From the NCBI GenBank assembly GCA_950097015.1, contig CATNEN010000038.1, positions 18,600,001-18,664,000 of the forward strand: a stretch of DNA of 64,000 nt. Direction: 5' to 3'. Made by a program: the position numbers and the translations under genes. Each line of letters opens with the position of its first letter. The first letter of the stretch is position 1. This stretch comes from Macrostomum hystrix. Taxonomy: Eukaryota > Animalia > Platyhelminthes. Under the pieces are notes generated by a model. That model saw only the letters and a program-made list of their open reading frames with translations. It did no database searches and was not told the origin of the DNA. Shown in pieces: positions 1-11,789 of the stretch.

Positions 1-114
1 AAAGACGTCTCCCATAGCCAGGATGATGAATATGGTGATGGCCATCGCCAAGCAGGTGATGATGGCAATGAAGATTTGAAATTTGGTCTCGCAGCAGCAC
101 TTCACCCAGGCCAT
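1..114 (-). CDS. 5' end of a putative single-pass/type II membrane protein, truncated by the window start
   Basis: ATG at 114 reads MAWVKCCCETKFQIFIAIITCLAMAITIFIILAMGDVF to position 1: a Cys cluster, then a ~21-aa hydrophobic helix. An acceptor-like TTTTGTCAG lies ~40 nt upstream. No family recognised. Confidence 0.5.
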   Translation of the reverse strand, partial: MAWVKCCCETKFQIFIAIITCLAMAITIFIILAMGDVF

Positions 115-779
115 GATGATGATCGATCACAGGCGGCCCCAGCTGAGGCATTGCTGACAAAATTCGCACCTTCCAATCAATCCAGTCCTTTTGTTCCAAT
201 CGTCGAGGTTCTGTCACCATTAGACACTCCAGCCAATCAGATGAAGTCCATTCTGTCTCTTAGGGCTCGAAATGCACGGAGTTGACACTATACAGCATAG
301 TACTACTTGTAGTATACTCTTCATCGATTGCACTGCGAAGATAGCTACTAGCTATTGACAAAAGGGAGGATGTGAGAACAGCAGATGGGAATCATAAAGC
401 AACCAGTCTTTCCTCCCCCTCTATAGCGACGGGAAATCAAAGATTTCATCCACTAAGTCTATATAATGTAGGAAGACAAGAATATTGTCCGTCGTTGCGC
501 CCCATTCATTGATCCGGAAATATGACCAGGACTTCACAAGCGTCATCTGTGAGATCCAGTGCTCAACACAAAGAGCAGCACCCCTGTAGCTGCTTCTTTT
601 CAACTGGCTGTCGCATTTTCGCAAACTGACGTTTCGCCAATAACCTGTGTCTTGATATTATAACGAGAGCCGCCTTTGAAGCATTTGTACTGAGTATGGG
701 ACCACATTTTAGTGCATTAAGTCTAATCCATATGATTCATCACTTTAATAAATTGGATTTTTGTAAGGCTACGTATTGG

Positions 780-1235
780 GGCCCTATAATCCATTGTGAC
801 GTCCCTATAATCCATTGTGACGTCCCTATAATCCATTGTGACGCCCCTATAATCCATTGTAACGTCCCTATGTCCCTATAATCCATTGTGACACACTTAA
901 GATCCATTGTGACACACTTAAGATCCATTGTGACACACTTAAGATCCATTATGACGTCCCTATAATCTATTGTGACGTCAAAAATACCCCTAAAATACAC
1001 TGTGACTCCTACACAACCCATTGTGATGCCACACAATCCATTGTTACGTCCCTATAATCGATTGTGACGCCCCTATAATCCATTGTGACGCCTACACAAC
1101 CCATTGTGACGCCTACACAACCCATTGTGACGCCTACACAACCCATTGTGACGCCTACACAACCCATTGTGATGCCCCACAATCCATTGTGACGTCCCTA
1201 TAATCCATTGTGACGCCCCTATAATCCATTGTGAC
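780..1235. repeat. 21-bp minisatellite upstream of the innexin (CCCTATAATCCATTGTGACGT)
   Basis: About 20 variant tandem units visible directly. Confidence 0.95.
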
Positions 1236-1650
1236 TTTAGTCTAATCTCTCACAGGGGGCGCTAGCAGAAATTTGGAGTGTAATTCAGAAAGCGAATTTT
1301 AAAGAGACTTCCATGAGACATATGCAAACTGGTCCAAACCGGTTCTTCAATTCAGTTGAATCTAGAATATAGAAAATGCTGCATCGTTATATTTTTTTAA
1401 GTACAGACGTTCGTCTCTGCAGCCGTCTCTTCTGCTTTTTCGACGGCGTTAAAACTGCTGCTACAGACGAATCAATTCTGTATCGAATTGCCAAGCAGTC
1501 ACGACCTAGCGAAGTGACGATTTGGACCTTGGCTCCTCGCGACTACAAAAGGCGAGACTCGCTCGCATGCATCTCTCCACTTCACTTGTTTTGAAGCGCA
1601 ATAGATTATCCAGGCTTTAACAGATCACAATAGGCTATTAACTAGAAAGC

Positions 1651-4600
1651 ATGCTCGGCCTAGACTTTTTAGATTATGTGCAGAAATGGCAGATTTCGCA
1701 TTATGTCAGCGTGGAAGATTTCTCAGACAAATTCAACTCGCTGCTCAGCACCCTGCTGTTAATTCTGTGCGCTTTGGTGATTTCCGCCAAGCAGTACGTC
1801 ATGCAGGCTCTAAGCTGCAATTGTCCGAAGACCAACGCAGGCAAGACGATTGAGTACGTGGAGAACTTCTGTTGGGTCACCGGCACCTACGCGCTGGCAG
1901 AGCACGAGGAGCTGCCGAAATATGACGCCGGATGGAAACAGTTGGAGCAGCGGAAAATCAGTGAGTCTCGTGACACTTTGGGAAACACCGAAGCTAAAAA
2001 TAACGTCGTTGCAGATTTTGTGAAAATTTGTAATATATTTAGGGAGACATCATTGTATAGATTTAGGGAGACATCATTGTAGATTGAGGGAGACATCATT
2101 GTATAGATTTAGGGAGACGTCATTGTAGATTTAGGGAGACATCATTGTATAGATTTAGGGAGACGTCATTGTAGATTTAGGGAGACGTCATTGTGGATTT
2201 AGGGAGACATCATTGTAGATTGAGGGAGACATCATTGTATAGATTTAGGGAGACATCATTGTAGATTGAGGGAGACGTCATTGTAGATTGAGGGAGACGT
2301 CATTGTAGATTGAGGGAGACATCATTGTAGATTTAGGGAAACGTCATTGTAGATTTAGGGAGACGTCATTGTAGATTGAGGGAGACGTCATTGTAGATTG
2401 AGGGAGACATCATTGTAGATTTAGGGAAACGTCATTGTAGATTTAGGGAGACGTCATTGTAGATTGAGGGAGACGTCATTGTAGATTGAGGGAGACATCA
2501 TTGTAGATTTAGGGAAACGTCATTGTAGATTGAGGGAGACGTCATTGTAGATTGAGGGAGACATCATTGTAGATTTAGGGAAACGTCATTGTAGATTTAG
2601 GGAGACGTCATTGTAGATTGAGGGAGACGTCATTGTAGATTTAGGGAGACGTCATTGTGGATTTAGGGAGACGTCATTGTAGATTTAGGGAGACGTCATT
2701 GTAGATTTAGGGAGACGTCATTGTAGATTTAGGGAGACGTCATTGTAGATTTAGGGAAACGTCGTTGTGGATTTAGCGAAACGTCGTTGTGGATTTAGGG
2801 AGACGTCATTTTCGATTTAGGGAAACGTCGTTGTGGATTTAGGGAAACGTCGTTGTGGATTTAGGGAGACGTCGTTATGGATTTAGGGAGACGTCATTGT
2901 AGATTTAGGGAGACGTCATTGTAGATTTAGGGAGACGTCATTGTAGATTTAGGGAGACGTCATTGTAGGTTTAGGGAGACGTCATTGTAGATTTAGGGAG
3001 ACGTCATTGTAGATTTAGGGAGACATCATTGTGGATTTAGGGAGACATCATTGTAGATTTAGGGAGACGTCATTGGTGATTTAGAGAACCTCAATAGGGA
3101 TTTGGAGGGAGGGCTGTTGGGGATTTAGGAGTGCAAACTGTGATTCCTGGGTGTAAAATGTTGATCATCCGCTTGGAGTAAAGGCTAGTTACCCTAGCCT
3201 CATATTGCATGGCAACGCCCCTGATTATTTGGTCACAATTACTTGCTGCGAATTTCAGACTACTACCAATGGGTACCGTTCATGCTGGGCCTGCAATGCG
3301 CACTGTTCTACCTGCCCCACCTTATCTGGCTAGCCATGGTAACCAATCGTCTAGGCTCAGACGCGCAATACCTAGTTACCGAGGCCGCCTCGGTTGCTAG
3401 GGAACCTAGCGAAGATAGGCGCGAATCGTTGCTGAATCATCTGGCTAACTCTGTGCTGCACATGCAGACTGTACACAGGCAGTACAGCACGGGCCGCATT
3501 GCACAATTGCGCAGTAGGCTGGTCAGGTTGGCTGGGATTTTCTTCCCCAGTAAGCGACTGGGCACAGCCCTGGTTTTCACCTACTTCCTAGTCAAGCTGC
3601 TCTACCTGGGGAACTGCTTTGGCCAGCTCTACCTGATGCACCGCTTCCTCGGCTTGGGCGGTCGGCACAACGACAGTACTCTGGCTAGGCGAGGAACAGT
3701 GGCCGAGTTTTTCGGCAGCGATCTGGTTACTGCGGCGCTCAGCGGCAAGGACTGGCATTCGGGCATGTTTCCCAGGTCCACCCTGTGCCGCGTGCGCCTG
3801 CTCAGTGTGGGACACGAAGTACTGCTCTGCCAGTGCGTTCTGCCTGTCAACATGCTCAACGAGAAGGTTAGTTGCCACGCAGCGAGCGATCCCTGACTGC
3901 TCCCTACCACACTGACTGATCCTCACCACACTGACTGATCCCTACCACACTGACTGATCCCCACCACACTAATCCCTACCACACTAATCCCTACCACACT
4001 GATTGATCCCCACCACACTGACTGATCCCTACCACACTAATCCCTAACACACTGACTGATCCCCACCACACTGACTGATCCCTATCACACTGACTGATCC
4101 CTACCACACTAATCCCTAACACACTGACTGATCCCCACCACACTGACTGATCCCTATCACACTGACTGATCCCTACCACACTAATCCCTAACACACTGAC
4201 TGATCCCCACCACACTGACTGATCCCTATCACACTGACTGATCCCTATCACACTGACTGATCCCTACCACACTAATCCCTAACACACTAACTGATCCCCA
4301 CCACACTGACTGATCCCCCACACTGACTGATCCCCACCACACTGACTGATCCCTATCACACTGACTGATCGCCACCACACTGACTGATCCCTACCACACT
4401 AATCCCTACCACACTGACTCATCCCTTCCACACTGACTGATCCCTACCACACTAATCCCTACCACACTGACTCATCCCTTCCACACTGACTGATCCCTAC
4501 CACACTAATCCCTACCACACTGACTGATCCCTAGTAGACAGACAAACCAAAAGAAAGACCAGACAAAGTCGACTCATTCCCTCGGTGGTTACCAGCCTGA

Positions 4601-5857
4601 CGGCATCATTTCAAGCTGATATCACAGCACGAAAATGCCTCGGTGACTGCGACAATTTCTAAGAGCCGCATCGTATTTCATCTATTGCAGCCGGTACTGA
4701 GAAAACACCCGTTACTGTGCTTACTTGGTAGCGAGACAAAAAATAGCAAAAATAGCTGATCTTGCTTAAAGCTAACGAAAGAAGCATTACAGACGTAGCG
4801 GCAAACAAGACCGATTATTTCGCGACTTATCAACAGAAATTATTTAATACCATGCTGCAGCTTTAGTTAAGACGCCATTTATCGATACAATGCTATCGTC
4901 TAAGGCTGCCTATGGGAATTATTTTTTTATATGTTCTTGAGATCATGCATTACAAAAAATTGATCTCTGGCGTGTCTCATTCGAAACTCACCTCTCTCGC
5001 GTATCTTCTCTTGAGTCTAATCTTTCACTTGTCTCATCTCTCCCATGTCTCCCTATCTCAACTGTATCATATCTCATCTTTCCCCTATCTCATTTCTCCC
5101 CTATCTCAACTGTCTCCTATCTCATCTCTCCCTATCTTATCTTTACCCTATCTCATATCTCCCCTATCTCATCTCTCCCCTATCTCAACTGTCCCCTGTC
5201 TGAACTGTCTCCTATCTCATCTCTCCCCAATCTCATCTCTCCCCAATCTCATCTCTCCCCAATCTCATTTCTCCCCTATCTCAACTGTCTCCTATCTCAT
5301 CTCTCTCGTCGAGCGTGGTTAGCTGTTGTAATATTTTAGCAATGCTCTTCTGGAGACATTCTACAGGTAGTTTTTATCCAGAGCAGCGCAAACAAACCTT
5401 TTAGGTCTACTTGATGCTGTGGATGTGGACATTGCTGGCGGCCCTGATTACCCTGCTGTCCGTGCCAGTCTGGCTAGCCCGCATCGGTCTGCGAGACAGC
5501 CGGATCCGGTTCATTCGCCGTCAGCTGCTGCTGTCGCGGACTATAGTCGAGGATTCAACAGTGGTTTGCGTCGCCGGCAGTGGCAACGCAGAGAAGTGCA
5601 AATTCGCCGAAGCAGCCAAGGATATGGTGCAGAATCTGTTGTACGCCGATGGCGTGTTTCTATTCAAGATGATGCAGCTGAATGCCGGTGATGTGGTCGC
5701 CGGTCAGGTGTTGCGTCGGCTTTACGAAAACTGGAAGACGAATCTGTCGCAGGAGCCAGCCACGACGCTGAAAATGCCTGTCAGGGAATGCAGCGGCGGT
5801 GTCAACGACGCGTTGACGGACGAAAAAGGCGACATTGTGAAAAGAGCTTTCGTGTGA
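1651..5857 (+). CDS. Innexin (gap-junction/hemichannel protein), 3 exons, ~456 aa
   Basis: Exons 1651-1960, 3259-3866 and 5405-5857 with GT-AG boundaries and matching phases. Innexin motifs: EDFSDKFN, C..P..Y..NFCW..GTY, NYYQWVPF, FYLP..IW, FPR.TLC, QCVLPVNMLNEKVY..LW.W, DGVFLF. Confidence 0.95.
2035..3080. repeat. 22-bp minisatellite in innexin intron 1 (AGGGAGACGTCATTGTAGATTT)
   Basis: About 45 tandem units. Confidence 0.95.
3890..4532. repeat. 19/15-bp minisatellite at the 5' end of innexin intron 2 (CCCTACCACACTGACTGAT / CCCTACCACACTAAT)
   Basis: Tandem units begin ~25 nt after the donor site. Confidence 0.95.
5030..5305. repeat. Degenerate ~16-bp pyrimidine-rich repeat (CTATCTCATCTCTCCC) near the 3' end of innexin intron 2
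   Basis: Degenerate tandem units. Confidence 0.85.
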
Positions 5858-5964
5858 AATGAAATTGACTCGTGCATTGGATTGCGACTTTGACTTCCAG
5901 TAGCTTTTCCGTTATCAAATCGATAGCTAAGAAATGGCGAAGGATATTCAGTTTGATCCCTGAA

Positions 5965-6950
5965 TGGTTTAAGGGATGATATTTGAAGGGTTTAAGGGAT
6001 GATATTTGAAGGGTTTAAGGAATGATATTTGAAGGGTTTAAGGGATGATATTTGAAGGGTTTAAGGAATGATCTCTGAAGGGTTTAAGGATGATCTCTGA
6101 AGGGTTTAAGGAATGATCTCTGAAGGGTTTAAGGATGATCTCTGAAGGGTTTAAGGGATGATCTCTGAAGGGTTTAAGGGATGATCTCTGAAGGGTTTAA
6201 GGAATGATCTCTGAAGGTTTAAGGAATGATCTCTGAAGGTTTAAGGAATGATCTCTGAAGGGTTTAAGGAATGATCTCTGAAGGTTTAAGGAATGATCTC
6301 TGAAGGTTTAAGGAATGATCTCTGAAGGGTTTAAGGAATGATCTCTGAAGGGTTTAAGGGATGATCTCTGAAGGGTTTAAGGAATGATCTCTGAAGGGTT
6401 TAAGGGATGATCTCTGAAGGGTTTAAGGAATGATCTCTGAAGGGTTTAAGGAATGATCTCTGAAGGTTTAAGGAATGATCTCTGAAGGGTTTAAGGAATG
6501 ATCTCTGAAGGTTTAAGGAATGATCTCTGAAGGGTTTAAGGAATGATCTCTGAAGGGTTTAAGGAATGATCTCTGAAGGGTTTAAGGGATGATCTCTGAA
6601 GGGTTTAAGGGATGATCTCTGAAGGGTTTAAGGAATGATCTCTGAAGGGTTTAAGGAATGATCTCTGAAGGGTTTAAGGAATGATCTCTGAAGGGTTTAA
6701 GGAATGATCTCTGAAGGGTTTAAGGAATGATCTCTGAAGGGTTTAGGGGATGATCTCTGAAGGGTTTAAGGAATGATCTCTGAAGGGTTTAAGGAATGAT
6801 ATTTGAAGGGTTTAAGGAATGATCTCTGAAGGGTTTAAGGAATGATCTCTGAAGGGTTTAAGGAATGATCTCTGAAGGTTTAAGGAATGATCTCTGAAGG
6901 TTTAAGGAATGATCTCTGAAGGTTTAAGGAATGATCTCTGAAGGGTTTAA
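5965..6950. repeat. 23-bp minisatellite downstream of the innexin stop (AAGGAATGATCTCTGAAGGGTTT)
   Basis: About 42 near-identical tandem units. Confidence 0.95.
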
Positions 6951-7479
6951 GTGATACCAATAGTTTCTCTGTTAAAGCTTTCATAGTACTCGCAGTAGTA
7001 TTTGTATCATTGCATGGCTTTAGAGTAGCAACACGAATTTTCCGCTTTCTGTTCTCGACAAAGAATTTGATTATTTATGTACTTATGCTACGACTCAAAA
7101 AATGCTGAGTACTAAACAGGTCTCGATAAAACAGAATCAGATGCTACTTTGAAGACGGTCGATAATAAATACCAAGTCAATATCTCTCAGTTGTGAGGTA
7201 ATACATTTTTTGCAATAACAATAAGCCAACGTCTGCTTTAAAATTAAGCAACAATTATCCTTCATTTTTTAGCAGAAACAATAGTGCCTTAAGCCCAGAA
7301 ATTTAAAGCTTTTGAATGCAGTAGTACCAATCAATGTCTTGCTTATTTAATTGCCGAAAGTCAATTTTGATTGCTTTCAATAAAGGTACAAAAGTTTTTT
7401 CATTTACAATAAAACATTTAACAAATCGATAATGATTAAAGTGATTGCGTCTTGGGCAAGAGTCTATATCCGATGAGAG

Positions 7480-7968
7480 TCTTTGGCGAGAGTTTATGGC
7501 GAGAGTTTAGGGCGAGCATTCATAGCGAGAGTTTCGGGCGAGAGTGTATGGCGAAAGTTTATAGCGAGAGTTTAGGGCGAGCATTCATAGCGAGAGTTTC
7601 TGGCGAGAGAGTGCGGCGAGAGTTTCTGGCGACAGTGTACGGCGAAAGTTTAGGGCGAGCATTTATAGCGAGAGTGTCTGGCGAGAGTGTACGGCGAGAG
7701 TGTACGGCGAGAGTTTATGGCGAGAGTTTAGGGCGAGCGTTTATAGCGTTTTTAGCGAGAGTTTCTGACGAGAGTGTACGGCGAAAGTTTATGGCGAGAG
7801 TGTACGGCGAAAGTTTATGGCGAGAGTGTACGGCGAGAGTTTCTGGCGAGAGTTTCTGGCGACAGTGTACGGCGAAAGTTTATGGCGAGAGTTTAGGGCG
7901 AGCATTTATAGCGAGAGTGCACGGCGAGAGTGCACGGCGAGAGTTTATGGCGAGTTTAGGGCGAGATT
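7480..7968. repeat. 13-bp minisatellite (GGCGAGAGTTTAT / GGCGAGAGTGTAC)
   Basis: Variant tandem units; they explain ORF 7452..7994. Confidence 0.9.
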
Positions 7969-8546
7969 TTTCGACGGAACTTATTGCTGAATAAACTTAT
8001 TTGCAATTAGCCTCTGAATAAAAAACGAACGCTTTCATAGCAGATCTGCAAAGATGGTTTAAGAAACAAATTTTCACAACAAAACTAATGTTTATTTGAT
8101 GTCATAACTGACCTGGATTTGAAAACTCGTAAAAGCCATCACGAGAAGGCCATTGAGCCGAAACAAGAGAACAATGATAATATTATAGTGCTTTAGTGAT
8201 AATTTCATGGAAGGCTAAGATTGCAAGCAAGCAATCAATCAATAAGGCTATTGAAATTTGAGAATATAGATAAGAAAGTTGAAATTAGAATACAAACTGG
8301 CATGAGAAACGTGAGACTAGATGATAAGGAACTGAGATGAGAAATGTGATATTAGATAAGAAGGGACAGTAAGATAAGATCAAAATCCATCGCGACATGA
8401 AATCTGAAGCCAAATGAAAAAAATTATCAATTAATTTCTATGCTAAATAGTGACAATGCGGAAGCTAGTAAAAGTTAGGAGGCACAAAGTATTTATGATT
8501 ATATTTGTGTACATTCGACCGTGAATACCGTAGTTATATCTAATAT

Positions 8547-10398
8547 TTACGAATACTCAGTAAACTGCAGCGGCGTTATCTGATTGGCTAGGAAGGCATG
8601 CACTTTTGGCCAGATTTCGTTTGAATAGCTGCCAGGAAATTGCACCAGAAGGTTGCGCTTATCAAAATAGTCTAGTACGGGAGCCGTCAGCTCCTTGTAG
8701 TGGGTTAGGCGTTCCACAACCACTGACTCTTTGTCGTCTTCGCGCTGAATTAGCGGCTCGCCTGTGACGTCATCGAAGCCCTGCGTTTTTTTTGGTTAAA
8801 AGATCTGATTGGTTAGAACTAATGATAAATAGTTTTTTAGGATCGGTAAGGGGTTCTGAGTTGGTTAGGGTTTGTGATTGGTAGAGGTTTCTCATTCGAC
8901 GAGGTTTTTTGATTAGTTATGTTTTGTAATTGTTTGGCGTTTTTGATTGGTTGGAATTGGTAATAGTTGGGGTTTCTAATTGGTCGGAGTTTCTGATTGG
9001 TTGGGGTTTCTGATTGGTTGGGGTTTTTTAATTGGTTAGGGTTTCTGATTAGTTGGTGTTTCTGATTGGTTGGGGTTTCTGATTGGTTGGAGCAGTAATG
9101 TGCTTAAAGAAGAAGACTTAAATTAGTACCAAGAGAAAAACATGTAAATTATTATTAACCGTCTAAACAAATAGACGGACGCCCAAATCTTACCTCTCGC
9201 CTTGGCCGATTAAACTCAGTATGATAGGTTCGGCCGCTACCCGGATGAATCCAACGACCCTTGATGCGCTCGATAATAACGCTAAAAGGCACGTCCAGAT
9301 TCATAACCCGGTCAATTTTAACGCTGGCGCACAATTTCTCAGCCTGCGACAGGGTGCGCGGAAATCCATCCAATAGCAGGTGAGACTTAGCCGCTGCCTG
9401 AGCCTGCTCCTCGATCACAAGGGACAGCACCAGGCTGTCTGGCACTAGCTCGCCTCGGTTCATGTATCTACCGACCTCAAGGCCGAGCTCTGAAAGTCGC
9501 GATTTTTTTCATTGGTTGAGACTGGAGCGAGTGTACATTGGAAGAGGCTGGAGCGAGTGTACATTGGAAGAGACTAAAGCGAGTGTACATCGGAAGAGGC
9601 TGAAGCGAGTGTACGTTGGAAGAGACTGAAGCGAGTGTACATTGGAAGAGACTGGAGCGAGTGTACATTGGAAGAGACTGGAGCGAGTGTACATTGGTAG
9701 AGAATGGAGCGAGTGTATATTGGAAGAGGCTGAAGCGAGTGTACATTGGAAGAGACTGGAGCGAGTGTACATTCGAAGAGACTGGAGCGAGTGTACATCG
9801 GAAGAGGCTGAAGCGAGTGTACATTGGAAGAGACTGAAGCGAGTGTACATTCGAAGAGACTGGAGCGAGTGTACATTGGAAGAGGCTGAAGCGAGTGTAC
9901 ATTGGTAGAGAATGGAGCGAGTGTACATTGGAAGAGGCTGGAGCAAGTGTACATTGGTAGAGACTGGAGCGAGTGTACATTGGAAGAGGCTGGAGCGAGT
10001 GTACATTGGAAGAGGCTGAAGCGAGTGTACATTGGAAGAGGCTGGAGCGAGTGTACATTGGAAGAGGCTGGAGCGAGTGTACATTGGAAGAGGCTGAAGC
10101 GAGTGTACATTGGAAGAGACTCGAGTGGATGTAACATGGAAGTTACTGAAGTGAAAGCGCATCCGTATAAGACAAAGTGAAATAAAAGAAAGCTAAAAAA
10201 AGCAAATTCATTTATTTAACAAAGCTTCTGTGCTGTCCAATGCTTACTAGACTTAATGGCCATGTGATGACGCAGCAGGTCGCCACTAGCCAGACTTTTA
10301 ATTGGGAAATCGCGCACAATGCGCTCAGCGATTGTGCCTTTGCCGCCGCCTGGCGGACCCATGATGATGAAGCGCATGAAACGGCCGGCGGTTGTCAT
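8547..10398 (-). CDS. AK3: Mitochondrial GTP:AMP phosphotransferase (adenylate kinase 3), 3 exons, 226 aa
   Basis: Exons 10398-10248, 9489-9194 and 8780-8547 with GT-AG boundaries. Motifs: P-loop GPPGGGKGT, SGDLLR, LLDGFPRT, LID RWIHPGSGRTYHTEFN, DDVTGEPLIQREDD, and C-terminal NEIWP typical of AK3/AK4. Confidence 0.93.
8805..9090. repeat. Degenerate 18-bp repeat (TTCTGATTGGTTGGGGT-type) in AK3 intron 2
   Basis: Degenerate tandem units. Confidence 0.8.
9518..10120. repeat. 26-bp minisatellite in AK3 intron 1 (GAGCGAGTGTACATTGGAAGAGGCTG)
   Basis: About 23 tandem units. Confidence 0.95.
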
Positions 10399-11789
10399 GA
10401 CGATGGTGTGCGCTTCAGCTGAATCAAAGGTAAACGAAAGATTAGCCAGATTAGAATTAAAAAATAGATCTGATGACTTTTTGTTTAGTTTTGACTTGAG
10501 GGTCGTTTAATTTTTTTCAACGGATCTTACCCCACCACTCTTCCTATTAAAACCCCCAACGCTAACTCTGAAAGTGAGTCTCTACCCCAATCTTCGATGT
10601 ACACTGGCCTGCCTCGCAATTTTTCTATCCCAATGTACATGCTCATCCCGGGGCAACTAAGCTGTTGCTATTTTTAGAACAAAACCAGTTTTTATGCAAG
10701 TTAGGTCTTTATTTTCTTCTTCGTTAGTAGTGTAAAGACAAAAGGCGGTTAGGATCTTAATTTTGAACCTTTAATATTTGTCTTGTCATTTCTTATTTAA
10801 CAGTAGGACTACCAAGCCATTTTGCCGCCCGTTTTTATACCAAGGGGGGGGAATTCCCCCTTGAAAATGTTTTTGCCAGCGCCTGAATGCTTTGGGGGTG
10901 ACTGATTGGTTGACAGACTAGTCGAGGGTGTCCTGTGGTTGGGGGGTGACTGATTGGTTGACAGACTAGTCGAGGGTGTCCTGTGGTTGAGCTGCGCCTA
11001 ATAGTTAGGCTTGAACTGTGAAATTGGAGAAATTCGCGTCAGGGTGTCCATAGTGGCCTAGTTCCACCTGTTGTAGCTCTTGAAGGTCTAGATAGATAAG
11101 AGAGATTATCTAGATAAAGGTCGGTGACCGCCGAAGTCGGAGATGATGCAGGCACATTCGGGTGACATGCTGATAAAGTTTGAAGGTCTGGAAAGGCCGC
11201 ACTGAGGCGCAGTGCAAATTCGTGTATAGGGTGTATGAAATACACTAGCTCTTATGGGAAAAATCGGACCTTCGGTCAGAAACATTGAATATCTCGACGG
11301 TCTGAAGAGCTGGCGACTTGTTTCTTGTTAAAGAAGATGCGCAACAAAAAGTTGGCCCGTGTTCTTGAGTTTCGTGTGCTTGCATTGTTCCGTTCGGGTG
11401 CAGCAAAAAATTGGGAAAATCCCCCCGCTTGGTAGTTCTACTGTTAATTTACCATCATCTGTTCTTAAAGGGAAACAAAAAATGAGACTTTGATACTCTT
11501 CTACAGTTATCAGAAATGTTTTATTTAAGCTTTGAAACAATCAAAATAAGGATAGGTGTTCTGTTTTATTTCTCAATTTACTTTCGGAACGCCAATAAAG
11601 TCATATAAGTTATTGCCAAAAAATAATTTTCATTTTTTGTTTAAGGCCAAGAATGGACACAGCTTCGTTTAATATAAAAACTTAGTAAAAAGCTGTAAAA
11701 AAGAAAACATACGCGTTTAAGCTACTTAAAAATAAGTAGCTGAAACGAGTGAAACGATTAAATCTTTTATGATTATCTATAAACAAAGT

